Assembly: GCA_016748015.1 (NCBI GenBank)
Contig: JAAOMT010000222.1
Location: forward strand, 65,924-129,923
DNA length: 64,000 nucleotides
Direction of reading: 5' to 3'
DNA from: Geosiphon pyriformis uo1
Lineage: Eukaryota > Fungi > Glomeromycota
The notes under the pieces are model-generated. The model ran no database searches. It saw only the letters and a list, made by a program, of their open reading frames with translations, and was not told where the DNA came from. A program made the position numbers and the translations under genes. Each line of letters starts with the position of its first letter. The stretch's first letter is position 1. This document shows positions 11,848-23,574 of the stretch, piece by piece.

Positions 11848-12450
11848 ATGATACTTATTCCAGAAAACATCAACAATATAACTCAACAATTAGTTGAAAG
11901 CTTACAACAATTAAAATCCGATCTAGAAATCACAGTTAATAGCTCCAAAATAACATACATAAAAAGAACAATAGAAAATCCAAAAACAAGAAAAGAACAT
12001 AATTTTGAACCATATAATATTGCCAAATATAACAACAAATTTATTAGCAAAGTTATTGAAAAATTAGAGATAGCATTGGGCAATACATTAATAATAGAAG
12101 AAATAGAAATAAGTGAATTAACACCAGACATATTTAGCAATTTGAAAACGAAATTTCCAATTAATTACTGTTATTATCAACTAGGAAAGCACTTGAACAT
12201 ACAAACATTATACTCAAAAGACTTAACTAGAGTGTTTGACAAAACAACTATCCAATTATTAGAATCTTTCATTGGAAAAACCAATACTACATTCCATTCA
12301 AAAACAGTTTACAGAATTTTCAAAGCATTTGAAAACTGTCACAAATTATTGTTGGACTCAATCATGAACATAATAACAACTAACAGTATTGGACGACTTA
12401 CCAACTCGCAATTTCAAGAATTACAACAACAAATTAATAACCAGTATTGA
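11848..12450 (+). CDS. ORF3 of element C: conserved accessory protein of unknown function (200 aa, intact)
   Basis: Open ATG-to-stop ORF between integrase and PPT. Aligns by eye with ORF3 of B (28680-29399) and A1 (23575-24204). Confidence 0.8.
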   Translation: MILIPENINNITQQLVESLQQLKSDLEITVNSSKITYIKRTIENPKTRKEHNFEPYNIAKYNNKFISKVIEKLEIALGNTLIIEEIEISELTPDIFSNLKTKFPINYCYYQLGKHLNIQTLYSKDLTRVFDKTTIQLLESFIGKTNTTFHSKTVYRIFKAFENCHKLLLDSIMNIITTNSIGRLTNSQFQELQQQINNQY

Positions 12451-12496
12451 ACCACTATAGTAACTTAGAATTTAATGAAGAAATTAACTTCGATTT

Positions 12497-12528
12497 CGAT
12501 GGAGCTCAATCTTGAAAGGAGGGGATAA
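12497..12528 (+). promoter_or_regulatory. Pre-PPT motif and polypurine tract of element C
   Basis: CGATGGAGCTCAAT followed by GAAAGGAGGGGATAA directly before the TG of the 3' LTR. Confidence 0.85.
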
Positions 12529-13423
12529 TGTTATGGTTTAAGAATTTAGCAAAAAGAATCATAAAAATAATACAAACTATTCAATCATAATATAGCACAG
12601 TAATAATCTTAGAAAGGTAATGATTAACATAGTAGCAANNNNNNNNNNNNNNNNNNNNNNNNNNNNNNNNNNNNNNNNNNNNNNNNNNNNNNNNNNNNNN
12701 NNNNNNNNNNNNNNNNNNNNNNNNNNNNNNNNNNNNNNNNNNNNNNNNNNNNNNNNNNNNNNNNNNNNNNNNNNNNNNNNNNNNNNNNNNNNNNNNNNNN
12801 NNNNNNNNNNNNNNNNNNNNNNNNNNNNNNNNNNNNNNNNNNNNNNNNNNNNNNNNNNNNNNNNNNNNNNNNNNNNNNNNNNNCTCCACTTTAAATCATA
12901 CTTTCAAATTAAATATCCCAAAAAACCTTTAAAATCAAAAAGAAATGAAAAAGAATATTTAAAACTGAACTATCACAACTCAAAGTATTAAGAAACTTAC
13001 TTGTATTATTTATTGAATGAAACTATCATTCATCAACTGAATCCCTTGGAAGAATAATCCTTGATCAAGATTATTCACATTGTTACTAATTGATAAAAGC
13101 TTTATTGTAAGAGTAGAAGAGTGCTAAAGACCATTAATATTCTGTGTTTCTAGATTAGAGAAACATATCAGGCAATTGCAAGGATAGCCTCAGAGAAGAC
13201 CCCAAACAGTGGGTAGATTTCAGTTCAGCCTCTGAAAAGGAGTACATAAATACACACAACAATCAAAAATTGAAGAATAATTTACATCACAACAGTAAAA
13301 AGAAAGCCTTCAGTGTAACAGTGACATTATCACACAAATAGAATTGAGGAACTCACGAAAGACTGATTGCAATTAAAATGGAATATCAGCAATTAAATAT
13401 AACAAGAAAACCATCCTGTAACA
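12529..13423 (+). repeat. 3' LTR of element C (internal N gap)
   Basis: TGTTAT...GTAACA, preceded by the PPT and followed by TSD ATGG. Confidence 0.92.
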
Positions 13424-15516
13424 ATGGACTACTATTGTCAATTTCTAGCTTTGTTGTGTTATTTTTGGTCTTTGGATTCCATTTTGAGGTAAGTTTTGTG
13501 GTAATATTTGAATTTTTTAAGACTAATATAGTACTTGGAACTGTGGTTAATAAATAGGTTATGGCTGTGGCTAATAAATTATGGGTGTTGTTGGTTGATA
13601 AATTGGAGCTTGATATATTGGTGGTTAATAAATTGGCTGTTGCATTATTTGGATGTAATGAGGTGAGTATTGATCTTGATTTGGGTATTGATTTAGAGTT
13701 TGAAACCAACAATTGGAATTTAGATATTGATTTCCCAATCATTAATTATTTATTCTTTTTCGACATTCAAACTGTAAATGTTTTTGTTTACCACAATAGT
13801 GGCAAACATGTGTTTCTGATGATTACTGTTGATTGATCAACAATGCTGAACATAGTTGATTTTGGACATAATTAGAGTTTTCTTGATTATTATGTCATTG
13901 AAGAGATTGATAAATTGTCTAATAGTTGTTAACTAAGTATTTTTCTAATTTCTAATTGATTGATTCACTAAATTGCTTCAATTTGGAATTCAAGTCAGAT
14001 AATCTGTTTATTACTAGATTTATGGCTTAAACATGGTTGGCTTTAAGTTCAGCTGCTTCAAAATCTCTGGTGTTTGTAACAGTGGTTTGAAAGTCTGCTG
14101 GATGCAATGAACATACACATTGGAGGATGCTATTGTGTAGGCCTCTAATAAATTGGTTTAGGATTTGTGATGCTGTGAAATAATCAGCCTGTATGACCTG
14201 AATTTGGTGCAGATTTCTGTAGAAGCATCCCAAGTAAGTGGTAACTGCTTTATTTTCTCTTTGTTTGATGGTGGTAAAAGTGTTGGTTAATCAGTTGATG
14301 CTATTATTATTGCTAAAATATTGCAGAAATGCAAGTTTGAATGCATTAAAATCTTAAAGTTTGTTAACCAAGCTTTAATACTACAAGTTAACAGTATTCT
14401 GAAAAAAGTATGGGATGGCTTGCATGGCTCTGGCGTTATTCTATTTGTTGGCTGTGATGGCTTTTTTAACATTGTTTAGCCACACTTGGACATTATTTTT
14501 TTCATCTGTGAACTTTTTAAGCTTGGCTATTGAACCATAAGTCATTAAATCCAAGTTTAGTTGTTGTTATTGTTGTGGTAATAATTGTTGTAGTATAGCA
14601 GCTAGTGGTGGATTGATAATGATTACTGGAAGTAAGTGTTGTTGATTATTAATATTGAAGTTGGGATTAGTCTGATTTTGTGAGGTTTGAAAATTTGAAG
14701 TTTCAATTTTTGGGTTTTCTGTAATTGAATTTTGGTAATTAAATTCTTGATTCTTTTCTTCTTCTTTTTCTTCTTCTTCTTCTTCTTTTTCTTTTTCTTC
14801 TTCTTTTTCTTCTTCTTCTGATGTCATTATCTTCTAGGGACTCATGTTTCTGAAATCTGGTTGAGGTGGCAGTAATTGAAATTTTGATAGCATTGAAGAT
14901 TGTGATTTAAATTTTTCAAAGTAATTACCATAGGTTCTTAATAATTTTGCTTTCTTTTGTTTACTTTGAAATAGTAGTCATCCAAATGTTAATGTCACAT
15001 TTGATGTGGATGTGTCTGCTAATGTGATATTAATGGTACTTCTAATTGTATGATGATATAATAGATATAGTAAAGATTTAATTCTTTGCTTTTTTCACAT
15101 TGGTAATTGTATTTCTTTTGGAGTTGCTGTTGGTGTTTGTAATTTTTTTTTACTCTTATTTGCATAGGTAATAGGGAATTGTTGTTGAGTATATCTTTCA
15201 ATTTTTTGATTAATTTCCCTGATAATTGGTGCAAAACTATAATTTTGTGGTAAGCTAGTATGTTGGATTAATTCTGTATAGAAATTTTCTCTTGCTAATT
15301 CAATGTCAAGTGGTCTTCTTAAAAAATCTGTGATTTTTTTGTTAATGTAAAAATTGAAAACTGATTCTGCTGAATAATAGTTGTTGGTTAAGCCCAATTG
15401 TTGGCTGTACTGTTAAAATAAGGATTTAGCAAATCCTAAATGATTTGTTCCTATTATTTTTGATTCTACCACTTTTGAATGATTGTTGTTGATGCTGGTT
15501 TTCTGTAGGATTATAT

Positions 15517-15533
15517 CTCACAGAAAGCACAAA
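15517..15533 (-). promoter_or_regulatory. Primer-binding site of A2
   Basis: Minus strand reads T(T/G)GTGCTTTCTGTGAG just inside the LTR end. The A3 copy reads TGGTGCTTTCTGT (complement of a tRNA ...GCACCA 3' end). Confidence 0.75.
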
Positions 15534-15534
15534 A

Positions 15535-16359
15535 TGTTACAAATAATTATTTGGGGTCTCAAAGCAAATAACAAACCCGTAATTTAATGTTCAATTGATT
15601 TAATGATGTTGATTTTTGAAGGTGTTATGGATCTGAAGATTTTGGTTGAATTCTTTGTATAATAGACAGAGATTTACTATGGTTGATTCTGATTGATTTT
15701 TTAAGTTGTTTTCCCAATTTCTGTTTTCAGCATAGTGGTTGGTTTAATCTGATAGTTGTGCCCTTTTGGTAAGCTATCTATTAATATATATATAATTCTA
15801 CCCTTATTTCTGGGTCTTTTACCAGGCTATCTGTAATGTCAATAACTTAGTGCTTTAATCTTTTTAATCAATTAGTACACAATAACAAAATAAAATAAAA
15901 TAAAAAAAATAAAAAAAAGATAAAAAAAAATAAGCCAAGATGATTACAAGTTAATATCCTGTCAATAGTCATAATTAAGAGCTATTGGTTTAGTATGATT
16001 AAGTATCAATTATTATCAACATAAAGTATTGATAGTGGAAAATAGATTAAGATAGTAAATAATTATTTATTAATATTTGTAAATAGAAAGATTGCTTAGA
16101 TCAAATCTAAATTAAGAAGTCTGTTTTTTTCTACTTCTAATACTACCACTATATATACATAATTGAAATTTCTCAATTCCTTAATTATTCACACCAGAAA
16201 TCCTGGAATTCTTGGAATTCTGCAATTCCTTTGAAAAAAATCCTGGAATTCTGAAATCTTGTAATTTTTTATATGAGAATCCTAGAATTCCACATCTACT
16301 ATGGCTACTTTTGATTGGCTAATTTATGCTAATATACTTTCTATATTCTATAAATAACA
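15535..16359 (-). repeat. 5' LTR of A2 (alpha type, GGAATTC/GGAATCC U3 repeats)
   Basis: TGTTAC at 15535 and ...TAACA at 16359. Homologous to 22688-23561, 42257-43105 and 58495-59282. Confidence 0.85.
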
Positions 16360-16502
16360 ATATATATTTTGTAAAACTAATCAAAGTTTGTGGTTTTTTT
16401 TTAAAGTATCTTCTATTACTAAACTAATTATAAAAATGAAAAATTGTGTTATTGTATCTTTTAAAATTAAAAAATTATTACCATGAAAAATATTATACTT
16501 GC

Positions 16503-17479
16503 TGTTATTATCAATAGAATTTTAGCCAATATTTAGCATAAAATTACCTTTATAATTTCTATTATTAATTAGTATATATTATTATTATTCAAATTATTAT
16601 TTATTATTTAATCAAATTATCAAATATTATTATTTAATTAATAATCTAATTTGTACAATAAAAATGAGAATAATTAGATTATACAATACCTCAAACTATA
16701 TAACATTTAAAAATTTGCTGAAATTTGTAAAAATAATAAATAGTTTACTAAAATAGTTAATAATTTGTTGAAATAATTTGTAGTTTATCAAAATATATTT
16801 TTAGTTCATCAAAATTATAGCAAAAAGAAAAATTCAAGTATATAAAGTAGTACTATAACAAATTGTATAAAAAAAGAGCTTTTTTTTTGAAAAAATATAT
16901 CTTATCATAAATATTTTATTTTAAAATCATTTTTTCTGAAAACAAATTTTTTAATACAAATTAAATAAAAAAACTTAAACATTCAAAACACAAATCTATT
17001 AATTAAAATTGCATTTAAAATTTTCTAAATCCCAATTAATGTTTTTGAAATTAATTAACTATTAATTCAGTAATCATTTAATAATTCCAGGCTTAAACAG
17101 AAAGCAATTTTCTTAACAAAATTTTATTTCTTTTATATTTCTTTTATTTTTTTTATTTTGCTTATTATAATTATTAGAATAGTCTATAGATAAAATTTCT
17201 AAAAAAAAGTTGACTTTTACAGCAAAGTAACTACATATTTTAATGAGCTTTCAGATGAGCAATTTTTAAAAAAAAGTTGACTTTTATTACAAAATAATTA
17301 TACATAGTAATTAATACAAAATTGGTTATTTTACTTATAAGTTTAGCAGTTCAAATTATAGAAAATAATTTGAAGATAAATTCAGTTATCAGATATTTAT
17401 TAATTTTCAATAATTATAAATTAACAGCAAACTAACATTAACAACATTTAAGAAAAAATACCAAAAACTTCTAATAACA
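16503..17479 (+). repeat. Old decayed solo LTR related to family B, inserted in the LINE RT
   Basis: Colinear with 621-1600 (e.g. AGCAAAGTAACTACAT, GAAGATAAATTCAGTTA, CCAAAAACTTCTAATAACA). The LINE reading frame resumes on both sides. Confidence 0.8.
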
Positions 17480-18025
17480 CTATATATTAAGAAAATTCTA
17501 TCAAAAAAAATCTTGAAAAAAATTTTCTAAACAGTTTTAATCAAAGCAATAAGTCAAATATTTATCAAAATACTCTTCTATTTATATGATTTAGGAATCA
17601 TTGAAACTTATATCTCTTTTTAAGATTAAAAAACAGATTTATACACTAAATAAAAGTTCAAAAAATCCAAAAATATATTTAATATCACTTTATTATAATG
17701 TTTTTATAATTTATTTAAGATATCAGAAAAACCAATTGCTTTTTTATTAAGCAAATTTGTTATAATATCTAATAATTTATTTAAATCAAGAAAATATATA
17801 ACTTCAGAAAAAATATTCTTAGCAACATAATCTAATAAAAAATATTGATAACACTATATTTTGGACATTTTTTTCAATATATTATATTTTCTTGTTTACT
17901 CTTTTATAATAATAATTACTTAAAATTTAACTAATTCAGACTTTAATATTAGTTTTTTTTCAATTATTAAATAATTCAATATTATCTTACAAAAAAAATA
18001 TTTTAGAATACTTTAAATTATATGG

Positions 18026-18977
18026 TGCTATAAATGATTATTTAGAGTATTGGTACAAATAACAAATCTGTAACTTGGTATTTAATAACTTGTATAGTTG
18101 GTAATATCTAAAAATTTTGGTGATTTAAAGGTTTTGGTTGAGTTTTTTGTATAATAAACAGAAATTTAATGATTGTTTTAGTAGTCTTTTAGAATAGTTA
18201 TTCCATCAAATTTCTTTTTTCAACATAGTGATTGGTTTATTCTGACAGTTATGCTCTTTTAATAAACTATTCTTAAATTTCTACTCTTATTTCTGGGTTT
18301 TTTATTAGGCTATCTTTAATGTTAATAACTTTGTACATTAATCTTTTAATCAATTCCTAAACACAAACAAAAGAAAATAAAAATAAAGAAAATAAAAAGA
18401 AAATAAGAAATTAATATCCCATTAATAGTCATGATTAAGAGCTATTGTTCTAGTGTGGTCAAATATTAGATTCTATTAACATAAAGTGTTAATAGAATGG
18501 AAGTAATTAATATTTTTTTAATTAATAACAATAATATGAATTCAGATAATAATAAATATTTTATTAATATGTAATTAGATTCTACTTTAAGTTGTAAAAA
18601 ACTACCTTTTGAAGGAAGAAGTAAAAGATAATTAATTTATTGCAAGGATTAATTCTAAAATAGATTCTGTTTTTTTTATTTTTAATACTCTTACTATATA
18701 TACATATTTTTTGTTCTATGAGATTTTATATTTTCTTGAACAATGTGCCCTAATTTACTAATATTGCTCACATTGTTAAACAGTGTGTCCTAATTTACTG
18801 ACATTGTTCACATTGCTGAGCAGTGTGTCTTAATTTGCTAGTACTATGTACATTGTTAAGCAAGATGTTATAATTTTTTTTTGATATTATATTCATATAT
18901 TAAGTACTATTTTCTTATTAATCTATTTTTCTATCTGTTTTTTTAGCTTTTTTTCTTTGTATTTTTTATGGATAACA
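18026..18977 (-). repeat. Solo LTR of family A (beta type), TSD ATGG
   Basis: Homologous to 51350-52139. CACATTGCTGAGCA repeats at 18740-18860. ATGG at 18022-18025 and 18978-18981. Confidence 0.85.
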
Positions 18978-21900
18978 ATGGTTTTTGTTTAACTTAAAAC
19001 TTGTCTATTTTTTTGTTACCTATAGTTTTAATACAACCTTTTTTAATATGCCAAAATTTTGCTATTTTAGAAACATAATATAATTTTTTAGCTCTTAATA
19101 AAACAAACTAAACAACATTAAAATAGACACCTAAATTAATAAAAATTTTTATATTAAAGATATTGTTAATATTAAGAGAAACTCAAGACTTTAAAATAAA
19201 TCAAATATATTACTTAAAACCAAGTAAGATGTTTTAATTAGTTTAAAAACCAAGACTTCTAATTTGTGAAAATAAAAACTTTGTGAAAACATTATTATAA
19301 TTTTTAAATTAGAACTTAAAAAAAATTTGATTTTTTAAAAAATAAATCATTTTATAGATAACATTCTATATTCTGTTTATATTTAAGAAATTTTTTGTAA
19401 TAACAAAATTATTAATAAATATAGCAGAAATATTAAACATTAAAATTCTAAACAATTTTATTTTGTATTATTAACATATTTTAAATTGAATTTTTATCTA
19501 TTCTTATTGGTTTGTATATAAAAAGTTCTTAAAACTAGGCCCAAAAGACTATTAAGACCAACAATAATATAAACAATATTGTAATTAGTATTAAAAAATT
19601 TACCTATACATGTAATCTTTTTGTTAATTAATATATTTACCAAGTTAAATAAACCAAAAATAAAATTAATAGTTTTTTTAATGTTTCTAAAATTCTTTTA
19701 AGTAAAAACTTTACAAATACACTACCAACTAATGAATTAACTAAACTTAAATCTACACATTTTTTAAAACTGGTATTATGTTTAATATTATTCTTATTAA
19801 AATTGTCTTTTAAAATAATAAAAGTATTCTTATTGTACACATGAGGTATAAAAAAATTAACAATAGCCACTTGGTCCAATATTATTCTAAAAATATATCT
19901 GTATATAACTCTAGTACAAAAATGAGTTATTTTTTTTTAAATAATAAATGAATTATTAAAATTTTTTCAAAAATCTCTAAAACTTTTAAACCATATTTGG
20001 CTAAATATTTATTTATAATTAAAGCAATATTAGCATTAAATACCTAAAATTCAGACCAAAAATAAAAATTTTTACATTTAAAAACTTATTTATAATTCAT
20101 AATTTAACATTAAAATAAAGCTTAATTTTAATAATAATTAAAATATCATTTTTTAATTTATTATATTATCTAATAATATTATCTTGTTTAGTAAAAACAT
20201 TTATTTTTTTAATATTATATATAGCTATTTTCTAAGTTAAATTACTCATTGGAAATAAAAAAAATATTATACTACTATCTAAATTAAAAAATTCTAGCTT
20301 ATTTATAATAAATTTAATTAAATTTTTTAAAACCATTATATTAGTCTTCAGATCACCAATTTTGACAGTTAAAACTTTAGATCTACTAAAAAACATGTTT
20401 TTAAAAACACCAAAATTAATATAAAAAACCAGAAAAATAGACAATAATTTATTAATAATTATATTCAACACTAAAACAGCATTAAAAACAAGTATTTCTA
20501 CAATATAATTCAAAAATAACTAAAAAAAAATATATTTAATTTGTAAAAAATATTAATAATATAATTAGACAAAAACTCTAAAAAGTTCTCAAAAATATTC
20601 AGTTTAAAAGCCAAAATTAAAACAACAAAAACTTTTTTAAAACTACTAACTAATATATCTATTAAAAAAACATTAACAAATAACTTAAAAAAAAATGTTT
20701 TAAATCACTACTTATTATAAAAGCTTATATTATACCACTAAAAAAATTAAACAGAACATTAAAATTTGTTTCTTAACATATATTAAAATAAAATATTTCT
20801 TATCAAAATTAGCAAGTTTTTTTTTAAGCTTTAATTAAAAAATTTTAAACTTGGTTTACAAATATTAAAAACATAACCAGTTTTTTATATTTAGCACAAA
20901 TAGGATTAGAAACTTAGTTTAAGCCAGACCAACACTTTTAAAGATTAGAGTCAAGAAAATAATAATATTTTTAGTCATAATAAAATCAAAATACATAATA
21001 ATACAACATGTTTATATGTATAAGATTAAGTTATAAACAATAATACATGTTTTTTTATAATAAAATAAACTAAATTAGAAATATCATAAACAGCTATATA
21101 TATTGACAATATATATAAAAGAGTATAATAGTAGTTTTTATTGTCTTACAACTGTTTGTTAATATTAGTTTTTGCTATGTATATTAAGTTTTTGTTTAAA
21201 AAAATTAACTATTTAAAAAATATTAAATTAGTAGCTTTAAATCTTTCAAACTTAATAAGCATTTTTTGTTAAAGACCAATTAACTATATTTTAATAAAAT
21301 AAATTTTGCCAAATTTAAATAGTATTGCTTTAAGCACTAATTTAAAAAAATTTATTAGAATCTTTTTAACAATAATTTTTTAATTTAATTTAATATTAAT
21401 TTTTTTCAAATTAGCATTGACAAAAATTTTTTTATTTATAATTAGTTACTTAGCAGCTTTTAAATTAATTTTGAATGTAAAAAATGTTTTAATAATATTT
21501 TAAAATTTTAAAAAAATCATTACTTTCTTAAAACTATAATTTGATAAAAAAGTTTTTTAAGAAATCTTATTTTATTATTTAAAAACTTGTTAGAAACTGC
21601 AGTAAAACCAACATTTAATGTAAAAAACTTAATTAGTATAAAACTTCTGTTTTTTTTGGTGTTCATAATTATATATATACTGGTATTAATAAGTATAAGT
21701 AGTAATAAGTTAAAAAATTTATTGTTATTTATTTTACTAAACAATATTTTCTTAAAAAGTACAACTAAATTATAAGTTTTCGTATAAGTTTTTTTAGACA
21801 TAATCTTATTTATAAGTTTGTTATTACTGTTTAAGCTATTTAAAATTAATATAGTTTGTTTTTTCTATTATTATGTTTTTTAAATTCTTTAAATTCAATA

Positions 21901-22687
21901 TTTTATTAAAACTCTCTTTTTTACTTTCAACTTTACTGTTTCAAAAATATTTTTTAATTATGTTATTATCTTTTAATATGTTTATTGCCAAAGACTTAAT
22001 TAAGAAATTTATAATACTAAACTTAACAACAAGTCTTTTGAAATATTTAACAAAGTTTTTTAAATCATAAACATAAGTATTATGGTTTTTTTTAATCAAA
22101 ACAGGTTTTCATACCACTTTTTTTAATATTTACAATATTAACTAAACTGTTAGTTAATTTTATAATTATAAATAGATTTATGTTGAAAAAAATAATTTAG
22201 AAAAAGAAACAAAGAAAAAAAATAGATAAAAATAGTTTTATTTTTTTTAAATTTTAATGTTTTTGTTATAAGCAAAAAATTAATAAGAAAAAAAGTTTTT
22301 TTATATAATTTTTATTATTAATTTTTTTATAAGTATTTATTTATTTAATAATAATATTTTTGATTAATTTAATAATATTTAAAAGTATTGAAATTATATA
22401 AAAGTTTTGACAAATAAATTAGAATTAATAATTTGTTAATTATATAAAATTATGTTAATATAATTTTTTTTTATTAAAGTTTTACAAATACAGCCCAACC
22501 ACTATTTAAATATATAAAATTAAACAAGATTCCAAATTAAATATGGCTCATGTTTTTTCTATATGTAACTGGTTACTTGGATCAGTTAAGACAGCACTAC
22601 ATACTTAAAAAATCTGTTAAAAGAATACAACTCAAGAAACCAAAGTTCAAATTAAGTAGATGAAAACACAAACCAAAGCACACATAA

Positions 22688-23561
22688 TATTACAGATGAT
22701 TATTTCTATTGTTGAATTGAATAACAAACCCGTAACTTGGTGCTCAATTGATATAATGTGGTTGGTAATATCTGAAGGTATTGGTTGATCTGAAGGTTTT
22801 GTTGTGGAGTTTTTTGTATAATGGACAGAGATTCAGTAGTGATGGTAGTAGTTTTTCCTGGAGTCGCAATTATGCCCAATTTCTTTCTTAGCTTGGCGGC
22901 CAGATTTATTCTGGCAGTTGTGCTCTTCTGGTAAGCTATCTGATAATATATAAAATCCTACTCTTATTTCTGGGTCTTTTACTAGGCTATCCTTGACGTC
23001 AATAACTTAGTGCTTAATCTTTAATTAATTAGTATACAATAACAAATCAAAATAAAATAAAGAAAGAAAAATAAAAGAAAATAAAGAAAGAAAAAAAATA
23101 AGCCAAGGTGATTTGTAGATTAGTATCCCGTCAATAGCCATGATCAAGAGCTATTGTTCCAGCATGGTCAAGTATCAATTACTATCAACATGAAGGGTTG
23201 ATAGTGGGGAAGTGGATGGAGATATAAAATAATTATTTATTTGATGATTGCGTTTCTAGACTAAGGATTCTGTGGTATCGATTCTGTCTTTTCTGTTTCT
23301 AATACTACTGCTATATATACATAATTGAGATTTCTCAATTTCTTGATTTTTCACAACAGGAATCCTGGAATTCTTGGAATCCTGCAATTTCTTTGAGAGG
23401 AATCCTGGAATTCTGGAATCCTGCAATTCCTTATTGAGAATCTTGAAATTTCTGGAATCCTGCAATTCCTGAGAGAAATCCTGGAATTCCATATTTACTA
23501 TGCTTACTTCTGATTGGCTAATAATTATGCTAATATATTTCTTATATTTCTATGAGTAACA
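22688..23561 (-). repeat. 3' LTR of A1 (alpha type)
   Basis: Follows the PPT. Minus strand starts TGTTACTCATAG. GGAATCCTG tandem repeats at 23360-23490. Confidence 0.88.
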
Positions 23562-23574
23562 TTATTCCCTCCTT

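Larger units (their letters stand above)
3919..13423 (+). mobile_element. Full-length Gypsy element C (dUTPase-bearing), nested in the gag region of A2, 4-bp TSD ATGG
   Basis: Both LTRs start TGTTATGGTTTAAGAATTTAGC (3919, 12529) and the element ends GTAACA at 13423. ATGG at 3915-3918 and 13424-13427. The empty site GTTAATGGACTACT is present in the paralog at ~49317-49330. Confidence 0.95.
1601..16359 (-). mobile_element. Gypsy family A copy A2, 5' half (5' LTR, PBS, gag, protease, Cys-rich, dUTPase), decayed, with element C nested at 3919-13423
   Basis: Minus-strand ORF fragments: QILNQFIRGLHNS (capsid, 14027-14233), LILNSGLAGS (protease, 3540-3812), YPHDENE (2423-2671), KITQAIFLP..KFGS (dUTPase, 1568-1870). 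Colinear with 46930-51350. Confidence 0.85.
16360..22200 (-). mobile_element. Heavily decayed non-LTR retrotransposon (LINE: ORF1 + APE endonuclease-RT ORF2), interrupted by two solo LTRs and by A2
   Basis: Minus-strand translation: ORF2 start MSNLT*KIAIYNIKKIN at ~20249 (endonuclease TxNVRG-like motif), GDFN-like motif at ~19800, RT motifs VSMIPK...IALIKTV*KIFFKIFFDRI at ~17480-17610 and HGNNFLILKDT...LVIED...LVLQNI at 16360-16500. The 5' limit is approximate. Confidence 0.65.

Noticed and set aside
11848-12450. Calling ORF3 an env gene
   Set aside because: No visible signal peptide, transmembrane anchor or cleavage site, and it is too short.
11002-12991. Long X-rich ORFs
   Set aside because: They span N gaps and are not real ORFs.
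14750-14820. (TTC)n-like microsatellite
   Set aside because: It encodes the poly-Glu tract of family A Gag. A shorter version is at 50610-50635.
23360-23490. Short repeats resembling a CRISPR array, and the repetitive ORF 23256-23492
   Set aside because: No unique spacers and no cas genes. These are LTR U3 tandem repeats in a eukaryote.
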